Below, piece after piece: positions 36,620 to 45,542 of a stretch of 62,830 bases of DNA. Both the position numbers and the translations under genes were made by a program. The stretch is taken from contig CAIMDI010000026.1 of the NCBI GenBank assembly GCA_903839695.1, positions 1 to 62,830 on the forward strand, read 5' to 3'. Under the pieces are notes generated by a model that was given only the letters and a program-made list of their open reading frames with translations, was not told the DNA's origin and did no database searches. Each line of letters opens with the position of its first letter. Positions within the stretch are counted from its first letter, which is position 1. This DNA comes from Candidatus Tayloriibacteriota bacterium (GTDB taxonomy: Bacteria > Patescibacteriota > Minisyncoccia > Phycocordibacterales > PALSA-1337).

Positions 36620-36982
36620 ATGAAAAAAATACTCATTGTAGAAGACGGCCAAAAGTGGAGTGTCCAGTATCAACAGGATTTAGGTGGTTATGAGGTTAGC
36701 CTGATTATTGCCGAACGCGCTGATGAAGCACGGCGACAATTTGAAGTAAATCCTGATGTTGCTGCCATCGTCATGGACGGCTGTTTGTTTTCCGAAGCAC
36801 CAAACACACTCGAGCTTGTAAAAGAGTTTCGAGTCAAAGGTTATACAGGACCGATAATCGCTAACTCAAGCGATTATAATAAGGAGCTTCAAGAAGCTGG
36901 TTGTGATCATACTTGCAAGTATGATTCGAAGGGATTTATCCCAGACCAACTTATTCAGCTTCTTGACCTGAAACATAAATAG
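36620..36982 (+). CDS. stand-alone response-regulator receiver (CheY-like) domain
   Basis: 120 aa. KILIVEDG, AAIVMDGCL (phospho-acceptor Asp position), GPIIANSS. No output domain. Confidence 0.55.
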   Translation: MKKILIVEDGQKWSVQYQQDLGGYEVSLIIAERADEARRQFEVNPDVAAIVMDGCLFSEAPNTLELVKEFRVKGYTGPIIANSSDYNKELQEAGCDHTCKYDSKGFIPDQLIQLLDLKHK

Positions 36983-37031
36983 TGGTTCACCCACTCGTTG
37001 AGAAGGCATCGTTAAGACCCTAGAGATTTAC

Positions 37032-37066
37032 CACCGCAGGCCCCAAGCTTGCGGTGAATTCTTTTA
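37032..37066 (+). terminator. hairpin after the receiver gene
   Basis: CACCGCA (37032-37038) pairs with TGCGGTG (37050-37056), then AATTCTTTT. Abuts the gap stop codon. Confidence 0.5.
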
Positions 37067-38056
37067 TATGAGTCTGCCAGCAGCTATGACGTGACGGACC
37101 AGAGTATTTGTATACCCCATTTCATTGTCATACCACGCTAATACCTTTACAAGATTTCCTCCTACCACTCTTGTGAATGCTAAATCTGCTATTGATGCAT
37201 GTAGATTTCCTTTTATGTCTGAAGACACCAAATCTTCTTCTGTTACTGTAAATATTCCCTTCCATCTTTCTTCTCCTGATGCCTTTTTTAATATTTCATT
37301 TACTTCTTCTACTGTTGTATTCTTTTTTGAAATAAAAGTAATATCAACTATTGAACCTGTTACTACCGGCACTCTAATAGATATACCATCAAATAGTCCT
37401 TTTAGATTGGTCATTATTTTTGTAACTGCTATTGCCGCACCTGTTGATGAGGGTACTAGATTTTGCGCCGCAGCTCTTCCCTCTCTCATGTCTTTTTTGC
37501 TTGGACCGTCAACTATTGCTTGGCTAGCTGTGTATGCATGCACTGTATTTAATAATGCTTTTTCAACACCAATACTTTCATCTAAAATAGCCAATAAAGG
37601 ACTTCCGGCGTTTGTTGTGCAAGATGCATTTGAAGAAATCTGACATGTTCTGAGCTTATCTTCATTCATTGACATCAATATAGTTTCTCCTTTGATAATA
37701 GACATAGGATCATCTTTTAATGGCGCAGTGACCACGACTCTCTTTGCACCAGCAACTATATGTGCTTGAGCTTTGTCGCTAGATGTAAATAATCCTGTAG
37801 ATTCTACAACTACGTCAATGTCCAAATCTCCCCAAGGTAATTTTGTAGGGTCCTTTTCACTTAAATATTTTACACCATCGAGTGTAAGATCACTTTTACC
37901 GTAAACTGAATCGTATTTTAATAAATAATTTACATTATCAATAGAAGTTAAATCATTAACAGCTACTATTTCTATATTTTCATTTTGCTTTGCAAGTTTA
38001 TAAAAAGCACGACCTATTCTTCCAAAACCATTTATTGCTACTTTTATTTTTTTCAT
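37064..38056 (-). CDS. gap: glyceraldehyde-3-phosphate dehydrogenase
   Basis: KVAINGFGRIGR, SNASCTTN, WYDNEMGY. Confidence 0.95.
   Translation of the reverse strand: MKKIKVAINGFGRIGRAFYKLAKQNENIEIVAVNDLTSIDNVNYLLKYDSVYGKSDLTLDGVKYLSEKDPTKLPWGDLDIDVVVESTGLFTSSDKAQAHIVAGAKRVVVTAPLKDDPMSIIKGETILMSMNEDKLRTCQISSNASCTTNAGSPLLAILDESIGVEKALLNTVHAYTASQAIVDGPSKKDMREGRAAAQNLVPSSTGAAIAVTKIMTNLKGLFDGISIRVPVVTGSIVDITFISKKNTTVEEVNEILKKASGEERWKGIFTVTEEDLVSSDIKGNLHASIADLAFTRVVGGNLVKVLAWYDNEMGYTNTLVRHVIAAGRLI
37084..37115. repeat. 32-nt perfect direct repeat, copy B (inside the live gap 3' end)
   Basis: Identical to 36024-36055. Confidence 0.95.
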
Positions 38057-38058
38057 AA

Positions 38059-39093
38059 TTAAATTTTAACATTATTACATATTTTTTTCACTATGCCTGG
38101 ACCTTTATAAATAAGACCTGTAATCATTTGAATCAAATCAGCTCCTGCATCAAATTTTTCTTGAGCACTTTCAACTGACATAACACCACCACAACCAATA
38201 ATTGTAAAACGCTTACCATACAAATCTCTAGTCTTTTTAATTAATTCTGTAGACAGTTTTCTACAAGGCTTTCCGCTTAAACCACCACAATATTCAGCTG
38301 GCACCTCCTTTCTATAGTCTAAATCATCATAATTCTTGTTTAAATTACCGATAACAACGCCATTTATTCCATTTTTATCTATAATATCCAATAACACATT
38401 AAATTTTTCCCATGGCAAATTGATAGGCATTTTTACATATATAGGTTTATTGCAAGGGATTTGTTTTATAGCCGATAACAAGCGACCCAATAATTCTGAA
38501 TCAGCAAAAGATTCACCACCGTAAATATTTGGGCATGAAATATTTATAGTGTAATAGTCTCCAATATTTTCTTCATTGAGACGTTTAAAAGAATATACAT
38601 AATCACTTATTCCTTCTTCAACACTGACTGATTTGTTATCATTTGTCCTTGCAATACTAATACCAAGAACAAAGTCTGTCTTTTTATATTTTTTAATCCG
38701 ATCAATAACAGCATCTACGCCTTCATTTTTAAGGCCTTTATTTACAATAATACTTTGAGATTTTGGTAATCTGGTCAATCTAGGCTTTTCATTGCCTTCA
38801 CAAGGACGCGCAGTAACTGAACCTATTTCTTCCCCACCTAAACCTATACTAGGTAATATATTTGCAAGGCGCCCATTATAATCAAAACCTGCAGATAAAA
38901 GTATCGGTGTTCTGTATTTTATACCGTCAACAACTTTGGAAATGTCTTTACCCTTATAATTATAAATAAAACTGATTTTCCATCTTCCAATACTGAACTT
39001 TCCAACGATTTCTCCATAATAAACCATAAAATTATGTACGATTTCTGGATTAAACAAGAAGAATATTGGTTTTAATATTTTTTCATATATCAT
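38059..39093 (-). CDS. pyrD: dihydroorotate dehydrogenase (class 2-like)
   Basis: N-terminal extension, GLGGEEIGSVTARP, NISCPN, GCGGV. Confidence 0.85.
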   Translation of the reverse strand: MIYEKILKPIFFLFNPEIVHNFMVYYGEIVGKFSIGRWKISFIYNYKGKDISKVVDGIKYRTPILLSAGFDYNGRLANILPSIGLGGEEIGSVTARPCEGNEKPRLTRLPKSQSIIVNKGLKNEGVDAVIDRIKKYKKTDFVLGISIARTNDNKSVSVEEGISDYVYSFKRLNEENIGDYYTINISCPNIYGGESFADSELLGRLLSAIKQIPCNKPIYVKMPINLPWEKFNVLLDIIDKNGINGVVIGNLNKNYDDLDYRKEVPAEYCGGLSGKPCRKLSTELIKKTRDLYGKRFTIIGCGGVMSVESAQEKFDAGADLIQMITGLIYKGPGIVKKICNNVKI

Positions 39094-39099
39094 GATATT

Positions 39100-39108
39100 A
39101 GTATAACA
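39100..39108 (-). promoter_or_regulatory. extended -10 box, 6 nt before the pyrD ATG
   Basis: Minus strand reads TGT-TATACT then AATATC then ATG (39093). Confidence 0.45.
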
Positions 39109-39121
39109 CTTTTTTTTAGCA

Positions 39122-39127
39122 TATAAT
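39122..39127 (+). promoter_or_regulatory. -10 box, 6 nt before the ECF sigma ATG
   Basis: TATAAT then TAGTCC then ATG 39134. Confidence 0.45.
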
Positions 39128-39133
39128 TAGTCC

Positions 39134-39712
39134 ATGGATAATCTAACTGATATACAACTTATCAAAATATTCAATGGAGGAAATGCAAAAGCCTTTGAAG
39201 GAATTGTAAATAAGTATGCACAATCAGTTAATAATTTTGTATCCTACTTAATCAATAATACTGAAGAAGCAAAAGATATTACTCAGGACACTTTTGTTAA
39301 GGTTTGGAGGAATCTTGAAAAATTTGATACAAATAGAAATTTTAAAACATGGGTTTTTACAATTGCAAAAAGATCTGCCATAGATTATTTGAGAAAAAGA
39401 AAAAATGTAAATTTCTCTTCGCTAGACAATGAAGATACTGATCTAGATTTCAGTCAAAATATCCCTGATGAAGAATTATTGGCACATGAAATATTTGAAA
39501 TTAATGAAAATATTGATTTGGTAAATAAAGCATTAGAAACTATATCTGTAGAAAGTAAAATGATAGTACTACTATATAATGGTGAAGAAATGACTTTTGA
39601 TGAAATTGCTGAAATATTGGAAAAACCAATGAATACAGTAAAAAGCCAGTACAGAAGGGCTTTAATCTCTTTAAAAAAGGCAATAACTTTGATACAAGCA
39701 CCAAAACCTTAG
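39134..39712 (+). CDS. ECF-type sigma-70 family sigma factor
   Basis: Region 2 DITQDTFVKVWRNLEKFD..FKTWVFTIAKRSAIDYLRKRK. Region 4 MTFDEIAEILEKPMNTVKSQYRRAL. Confidence 0.85.
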   Translation: MDNLTDIQLIKIFNGGNAKAFEGIVNKYAQSVNNFVSYLINNTEEAKDITQDTFVKVWRNLEKFDTNRNFKTWVFTIAKRSAIDYLRKRKNVNFSSLDNEDTDLDFSQNIPDEELLAHEIFEINENIDLVNKALETISVESKMIVLLYNGEEMTFDEIAEILEKPMNTVKSQYRRALISLKKAITLIQAPKP

Positions 39713-39731
39713 TCAGCTACGTATTGTAAGC

Positions 39732-40103
39732 ATGATTAATGGTTATAATAAAAAGTTAGAAGGACTTGAGTTAAGTATTATAAATAATATTAATGCTATT
39801 AAAATTAGGAAATTGCAGATAAAGCAATCCATTTATGAAATTGTTTCTGTACTTTCTTTGATAGCCATAGTGCCAGTGATTTATTATATTATAAATTCTT
39901 TTTCCTCATCGGCTGTTTACGATTATATTACATTAATCTTTTACGATATAAATGCTTTAGCATATTGGAAAGAATTGTCATTATCTATTCTTGAATCAAT
40001 GCCGTTTATGGGATTGGCTGTTGGATTAGGTTTTGTAGCAATATTTCTTTTATCAATATTAAAAACATTAAAGATACAGGTATTAAAAAATTCATTAGCA
40101 TAA
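39732..40103 (+). CDS. putative anti-sigma / membrane protein
   Basis: 123 aa with 2-3 TM helices, immediately downstream of the ECF sigma gene. Assigned by position only. Confidence 0.35.
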   Translation: MINGYNKKLEGLELSIINNINAIKIRKLQIKQSIYEIVSVLSLIAIVPVIYYIINSFSSSAVYDYITLIFYDINALAYWKELSLSILESMPFMGLAVGLGFVAIFLLSILKTLKIQVLKNSLA

Positions 40104-40128
40104 ATTAAATTAACTTAATAATATAAAT

Positions 40129-40614
40129 ATGATTATAGATTCAAAAAAAATAATAGAGTCAAAGAAATTTCTAGCTGCAATACTAACAGTTGTTACATTG
40201 GCTGTAGTTTTTGGTGTCTTTCAAGCAGGAGTTTTTGTGGGATTTCATAAAGCATCTTTCCTATTCAAATCTGGAGACAATTTCTACAGAGCATTTGGGG
40301 GTAATAATGATAGGCTAATCGGAAGTATGGGAATGGGAATGTTTAGAGATGAAAATACAGGCGGACACGGTGCTGTTGGAAAAGTTATAAAAGTAAATTT
40401 ACCAAATGTAGTAGTAGTTGGTTCAGATAGTATCGAAAAAAATGTAATTGTAAATGAAAACACAGTAGTAAGACAATTAAGGAATACGTCCGGAGTAGAA
40501 AGTATAGCTGTTGATCAATATATTTCTGTTTTAGGAACACCAAATGATCAAGGACAAATAGTAGCAAAATTTATTAGAATTGTACCAGCACCATCAATTG
40601 TAAATACAAAATAA
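40129..40614 (+). CDS. membrane-anchored hypothetical protein
   Basis: 161 aa. One N-terminal TM (FLAAILTVVTLAVVFGVF). Same operon. Confidence 0.45.
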   Translation: MIIDSKKIIESKKFLAAILTVVTLAVVFGVFQAGVFVGFHKASFLFKSGDNFYRAFGGNNDRLIGSMGMGMFRDENTGGHGAVGKVIKVNLPNVVVVGSDSIEKNVIVNENTVVRQLRNTSGVESIAVDQYISVLGTPNDQGQIVAKFIRIVPAPSIVNTK

Positions 40615-40616
40615 TT

Positions 40617-42305
40617 ATGAAAAAAATCAAGAATTTTATTAAAACAAAGAAAATTATAAGTTTTATCATTATTATTGTTATTGCTTTACTTGGATATTAT
40701 GGATACACAAAATATTCTGCAACAAAAACACAAACAAGTTATGTATTTGGAAAAGCTAGAATTGGAAATGTCACAAAGACGATTTCAGGAACAGGACAAG
40801 TGTCTGCCTTTAGTCAATTGGATGTAAAAAGTAAAGCATCTGGAAATTTGGTATATCTAAACCTTGCTGCTAATGGACAAAAGGTTAAAAAAGATGATCT
40901 TATAGCCAAAGTAGACACAAGAGACGCTGCTATTTCTCTCGAAAGTGCAAAAATTTCTTATGCGAAACTTGTACAGCCTGCTGATGCTCCTACCCTACTT
41001 CAATCAAAAAATAATTTATCTGATGCCATTCAAAGTAACTCTAGAAGTTATACAGATGCATTTAGTGTAATAGTAAGTACATATATTGATTTACCAAAAA
41101 TAATGAGTGGATTGGAAGATATGATTTATGGTAGAACAGGATATTTGCAATCAGAAAATGTAAGATCAATAGGACAAAGTGCATTGGACTTACAAACAAA
41201 AGCAGGAATAAGTTACGATAAAGCAAAAAATAATTATGATTCGCTTATTATTCAATACAAAAATATTTCAAATACTAGTCCGAGTTCAACGATAGAGTCA
41301 TTTGTTAATAGCACTTACCTACTCTCAAAAGAAATATCAGAAGTTGTAAAGAATTCACAAAGTGCAGTTGATTATGTTGAAAGTCAAAGAAAAGATAGTG
41401 CCGGAACTACTGCTCAAGCAAATATTGCATCATGGAGTAGTACAATAAATTCTGATATGGCAAGTCTATTTTCTGCAAAAAATACAATTAATACATCGGT
41501 GCAAAATGTTAAACAACAAGAATTAAATTTAAGTAAAGTTATGACTGGCGCTACAGAATTAGACATTGCTTCACAACAACTTCAATTAAGACAAGCAGAA
41601 AATAGTTATGAGGATTACTTTATTCGTGCACCATTTGATGGAGTACTTGCAAGACTATCAGTTAAACCTACTGACATTGTTAGTAATAGCACTACTATAG
41701 GAACTGTCGTTTCTTCTCAAAAAATTATCACTATTACTTTAAATGAAATTGATGTTTCAAAAGTTCAAGTAGGACAAAAAACCAAAATTACTTTTGATGC
41801 TATAAGTAATTTAATTGCAGATGGAACCGTTTCAACTGTCGATTTAGTCGGTACAGTGTCACAAGGTGTTGTAAATTATAATGTTGAAATTTCGCTTGAT
41901 ACACAAGATGAAAGAGTAAAATCTGGAATGAGTGCGAGTGTATCTATTATCACTGAATCAAAAACTAATGTAGTAATTGTTCCAAATAACTCAATTAAAA
42001 CATTGAAAGGTATGAAGGGTGAGTCAACATACTATGTTGAATCTTTCAATCCCCCATTAACAGTAGTCAAAGGTACAAGCCCTGCAACGACCGGAACAGT
42101 TTCATTAATACCTCCACAAAAAATTACAGTAAGTATAGGTTTAGCAGATGATTCAAATACCGAAATAATTTCAGGAATTACTGAAGGAGAACAAATAGTA
42201 ACAAAGACAATACTTGGAGCATCGGCTTCTGCAACTACAGCTGTCAAAACCACAGCAAGCACACGTAGTGCAGGTGGCATGTTCGGAGGTAGACCAGGAA
42301 ATTAA
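40617..42305 (+). CDS. efflux periplasmic adaptor (HlyD/MacA family)
   Basis: TM anchor, GTGQVSAFSQLDVKSKASGNLVYLNL..GQKVKKDDLIAKVD (lipoyl-like hairpin), long coiled coil, beta-barrel part. Confidence 0.75.
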   Translation: MKKIKNFIKTKKIISFIIIIVIALLGYYGYTKYSATKTQTSYVFGKARIGNVTKTISGTGQVSAFSQLDVKSKASGNLVYLNLAANGQKVKKDDLIAKVDTRDAAISLESAKISYAKLVQPADAPTLLQSKNNLSDAIQSNSRSYTDAFSVIVSTYIDLPKIMSGLEDMIYGRTGYLQSENVRSIGQSALDLQTKAGISYDKAKNNYDSLIIQYKNISNTSPSSTIESFVNSTYLLSKEISEVVKNSQSAVDYVESQRKDSAGTTAQANIASWSSTINSDMASLFSAKNTINTSVQNVKQQELNLSKVMTGATELDIASQQLQLRQAENSYEDYFIRAPFDGVLARLSVKPTDIVSNSTTIGTVVSSQKIITITLNEIDVSKVQVGQKTKITFDAISNLIADGTVSTVDLVGTVSQGVVNYNVEISLDTQDERVKSGMSASVSIITESKTNVVIVPNNSIKTLKGMKGESTYYVESFNPPLTVVKGTSPATTGTVSLIPPQKITVSIGLADDSNTEIISGITEGEQIVTKTILGASASATTAVKTTASTRSAGGMFGGRPGN

Positions 42306-42316
42306 TAATAAAAACC

Positions 42317-43018
42317 ATGATTGAAGTAAAAAATATTACAAAAACATATCAGTCTGGAGAAAGTAGCTTTCAGGCATTAAAAGGTTTGGATTTTAAAATT
42401 GAAACTGGCGAGTTTGTGGCTATTATGGGGCCTTCTGGATCTGGTAAATCAACATTAATGCATATTCTAGGGGCTCTAGACACACCGACAAGTGGTAAAT
42501 ATATACTAGATGGCAAAGATGTATCAAAATTATCTGACGATGAATTAGCAGAAATTAGAAATGAAAAAATTGGATTCGTTTTTCAGTCATTTAACTTACT
42601 TCCGAGAGCCACTGTATTAAGAAATACCATGTTGCCAATGATTTATGATGGTACTGATAAAGACAAACGAGAAGAAAGAGCAAAAAGTGCCCTCATTTCA
42701 GCTGGTTTTGATGAAAGTCACTTCTATCACCTTTCAAATCAATTATCTGGAGGTCAAATACAAAGAGTAGCTATTGCTAGAGCATTGGTGAATAATCCAA
42801 AGCTAATACTTGCAGATGAACCAACTGGAAATCTAGATTCAAAAACAGGTGAAATAGTACTTGCTACTTTTCAAAGATTAAACAAAGAACAAGGAAGTAC
42901 AATAATTCTAATTACTCATGAAGCAGATGTTGCTGAACATGCGGAAAGAATAATTCATATAAAAGATGGAATGATATTATCTGATTCAAAAGGACATACT
43001 AAAAGAACAATTAAATAA
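42317..43018 (+). CDS. ABC transporter ATP-binding protein (MacB/LolD type)
   Basis: Walker A GPSGSGKST, signature LSGGQIQRVAIARAL, Walker B ILADEPTGNLD. Confidence 0.9.
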   Translation: MIEVKNITKTYQSGESSFQALKGLDFKIETGEFVAIMGPSGSGKSTLMHILGALDTPTSGKYILDGKDVSKLSDDELAEIRNEKIGFVFQSFNLLPRATVLRNTMLPMIYDGTDKDKREERAKSALISAGFDESHFYHLSNQLSGGQIQRVAIARALVNNPKLILADEPTGNLDSKTGEIVLATFQRLNKEQGSTIILITHEADVAEHAERIIHIKDGMILSDSKGHTKRTIK

Positions 43019-43027
43019 TAAATAAAT

Positions 43028-44251
43028 ATGAAAATATTTGACATAATACAAGAAACATATTTAGCGCTATCTGCAAATAAGGTTAGAACAGGATTAACAA
43101 TGCTTGGAATAATTATTGGAATAAGCTCTGTTATTGCCATGGTATCCATAGGACAAGGCGCACAAAGCTCTATAACCTCAAATATTGAGTCAATAGGCTC
43201 AAATCTTATACTCATAAGCCCAGGTGCACCAAGAGGTATTGGTCAGCAAGTAAGTATGGGTCGTGGATCTGCAAAAAGTCTTACACGTGAAGATGCTGAT
43301 GCTATTTCAGCAGAAATATCTTATGCCAAGTCTGTTTCTCCTGAAGTCAGCGGTAGATATCAAATAGCTGGTAAAGGTACAAATACAAATACCTCCGTAA
43401 TGGGAGTTTCTGGATTTTATGCAGATGTTAGAAATATTCAAATAAGTGAAGGAGATTTTATTTCAGATCAAAATTTAAAAAGTCTTTCAAAAGTTGCAGT
43501 ACTTGGTCCTACTGTTCGTGATGATATTTTTGGTGAAAATGCACAAGATGTAATAGGACAAACTATAAAAATAAAAGGTTTAGAGTTTAAAGTAATTGGT
43601 ATCACAAAAACAAAAGGTGGTAGTGGATTCAGCAATCAAGATGATATGATTTTTGTACCATTAACCAGTGCACAAAAATATCTTACTGGAGATAAATATT
43701 TAACAAGTATAAGTGTTCAAGCAATTGATTCTAGTACAATGACACAAGCTCAGCAAGAAATAACAGATTTACTTTTAGCTAGACATAAGAAAACAACAGA
43801 AACTGCAGATTTTAATATATTAAATCAAGCAGATATTTTGGCTACAGCGTCTAGTATAACAAGTACATTTACAATATTACTTGGAGCAGTCGCAGGTATT
43901 TCACTTTTGGTTGGAGGAATAGGTATTATGAATATGATGTTAACAACAGTTACAGAAAGAACTAGAGAAATAGGTTTAAGAAAGGCGATCGGAGCAAAAA
44001 GAAGAGATATTAGTACTCAATTCTTAATCGAAGCCGTAATGCTTACATTGGTTGGAGGAATAATTGGAGTGATATTGGGATGGTCAATTTCCTATTTAAT
44101 TTCGCAATTTACTCCGCTCTCAACCAGTATTTCTCTAGGATCAGTTGTAATGGCTTTCGGAGTTTCAGCATCAATAGGAATAATATTTGGATATTATCCA
44201 GCAAGAAGAGCCTCAAGATTGAATCCTATAGAAGCTTTGAGATACGAATAA
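43028..44251 (+). CDS. ABC transporter permease (MacB periplasmic domain + FtsX domain)
   Basis: 407 aa. N-terminal TM, large ectodomain, C-terminal three TM, with EIGLRKAIGAKRRDI and YYPARRASRLNPIEALR. Confidence 0.85.
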   Translation: MKIFDIIQETYLALSANKVRTGLTMLGIIIGISSVIAMVSIGQGAQSSITSNIESIGSNLILISPGAPRGIGQQVSMGRGSAKSLTREDADAISAEISYAKSVSPEVSGRYQIAGKGTNTNTSVMGVSGFYADVRNIQISEGDFISDQNLKSLSKVAVLGPTVRDDIFGENAQDVIGQTIKIKGLEFKVIGITKTKGGSGFSNQDDMIFVPLTSAQKYLTGDKYLTSISVQAIDSSTMTQAQQEITDLLLARHKKTTETADFNILNQADILATASSITSTFTILLGAVAGISLLVGGIGIMNMMLTTVTERTREIGLRKAIGAKRRDISTQFLIEAVMLTLVGGIIGVILGWSISYLISQFTPLSTSISLGSVVMAFGVSASIGIIFGYYPARRASRLNPIEALRYE

Positions 44252-44419
44252 TTACATTCTACTGATTTTGAAACCAATATAAATACCAGCAAAACCACCA
44301 ATCATACTTAATATAATAGAAGAAGCAGAGAAATACCCAGCACCCCAAAGTGTGGGTATAAAACCTCCTACATATCCACCAATAATCATACCTATATAAA
44401 TTAGTGCTTTGGGAGACAT
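44252..44419 (-). CDS. 55-aa Gly-rich two-TM membrane peptide
   Basis: Below the ORF-track threshold: MSPKALIYIGMIIGGYVGGFIPTLWGAGYFSASSIILSMIGGFAGIYIGFKISRM*. Confidence 0.45.
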   Translation of the reverse strand: MSPKALIYIGMIIGGYVGGFIPTLWGAGYFSASSIILSMIGGFAGIYIGFKISRM

Positions 44420-44428
44420 AAGAATATA

Positions 44429-44824
44429 TTATTCAGTAGTCTTACCATCAAAGTGTTCTTCGACAGCCTCTGCTTTTGTTTTATGTATTGTACCGTCAAT
44501 ATGATTTGCTGGAGAATACAAAGTATAAAGCTGGAGATTAATAGAAGCAGAAGTATTAATTACATTATGCTCTGATCCTGCTGGTACAATAATTATATCT
44601 CCATTTGATACAGGATATTCAAAACCATTAATTATTACTTGACCAGTTCCCAATTCAAAGCGAAAAAATTGATCTACAGTATCATGCACTTCCATACCTA
44701 TTTCTTCCCCAGGTTTTAGTGACATTAAAACCAATTGACTATGCTCACCAGTGTAAAGTACTCGACGAAAATCAGTATTTTGCATTGTTAACTCCTCAAT
44801 ATTTACATGATATCCTTTTTTCAT
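44429..44824 (-). CDS. cupin-domain protein
   Basis: SLKPGEEIGMEVHDTVDQFF...GDIIIVPAGSEHNVIN (cupin motifs 1 and 2). Confidence 0.75.
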   Translation of the reverse strand: MKKGYHVNIEELTMQNTDFRRVLYTGEHSQLVLMSLKPGEEIGMEVHDTVDQFFRFELGTGQVIINGFEYPVSNGDIIIVPAGSEHNVINTSASINLQLYTLYSPANHIDGTIHKTKAEAVEEHFDGKTTE

Positions 44825-44829
44825 ATTAT

Positions 44830-45537
44830 TTATTTATTATTATTCTTATAAAATATTCTACTTTTATCATCAAAATGTTCAATAGCGTATGATAACATAA
44901 TTCTTGGCATTTCTTTAGCATGTTTATCTAGGAATTTCATTTCTATGGCCATAGAAATACGTTTCCCTACCTCACGTAGCATCCAACCAGTAGCCTTGTG
45001 TATCAAATCATGTTTGTCTTTCAATAATATCTCACAAATATTAAACGTATCATCATATTGCCCTTCTTTTATAAATGCGTGAGTTGAAATAATTGAAATT
45101 CTTCTTTCCCATAAGTTCTTTGACTCTGCCAATTTGTATAGAATTTTTCTATCATTTTTCAATAAATAATCACCAACTATATAACTTGCGGAAAGATCAA
45201 CTAAATCCCAATTATTTATTGATTTTGTATTCTTCAAGTAAAATTTATATATTTTGTCTTTTAATTTTTGATCTTTTGTATTTTCATATTTTGCGACAAG
45301 AATTTCTAATGCCACGAGACGATATTCATGTATTTTGCTATTTAATAACCTTTCTATTGAATCAAAATCAATGTCGATAAATTGATATGCTACTTTTCTT
45401 ATTTTAGGTACAACAATACCAATAAAAATATCACCTTCGCCATATTCACCTTTTCCAGTTTTAAAATATCCAGAAAGAATTTTTGCTTTTATAGGGTCAG
45501 CTAATTTTTGTAGCTCTTTTGATATGTTTGTGAACAT
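44830..45537 (-). CDS. DNA alkylation repair protein (AlkD/AlkC-like HEAT repeats)
   Basis: 235 aa helical repeat protein. ..NNWDLVDLSA.., LWERRISIIST.., a pattern typical of the DNA_alkylation family. Confidence 0.65.
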   Translation of the reverse strand: MFTNISKELQKLADPIKAKILSGYFKTGKGEYGEGDIFIGIVVPKIRKVAYQFIDIDFDSIERLLNSKIHEYRLVALEILVAKYENTKDQKLKDKIYKFYLKNTKSINNWDLVDLSASYIVGDYLLKNDRKILYKLAESKNLWERRISIISTHAFIKEGQYDDTFNICEILLKDKHDLIHKATGWMLREVGKRISMAIEMKFLDKHAKEMPRIMLSYAIEHFDDKSRIFYKNNNK

Positions 45538-45542
45538 ATAAA

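Noticed and set aside
37125-37643. 172-aa plus-strand ORF inside gap, and similar shadow ORFs (49764-50255 in the EamA gene, 50392-51679 in pyrG, 52514-52795 in ftsX)
   Set aside because: The opposite-strand genes have strong family motifs, and the shadow ORFs have none.
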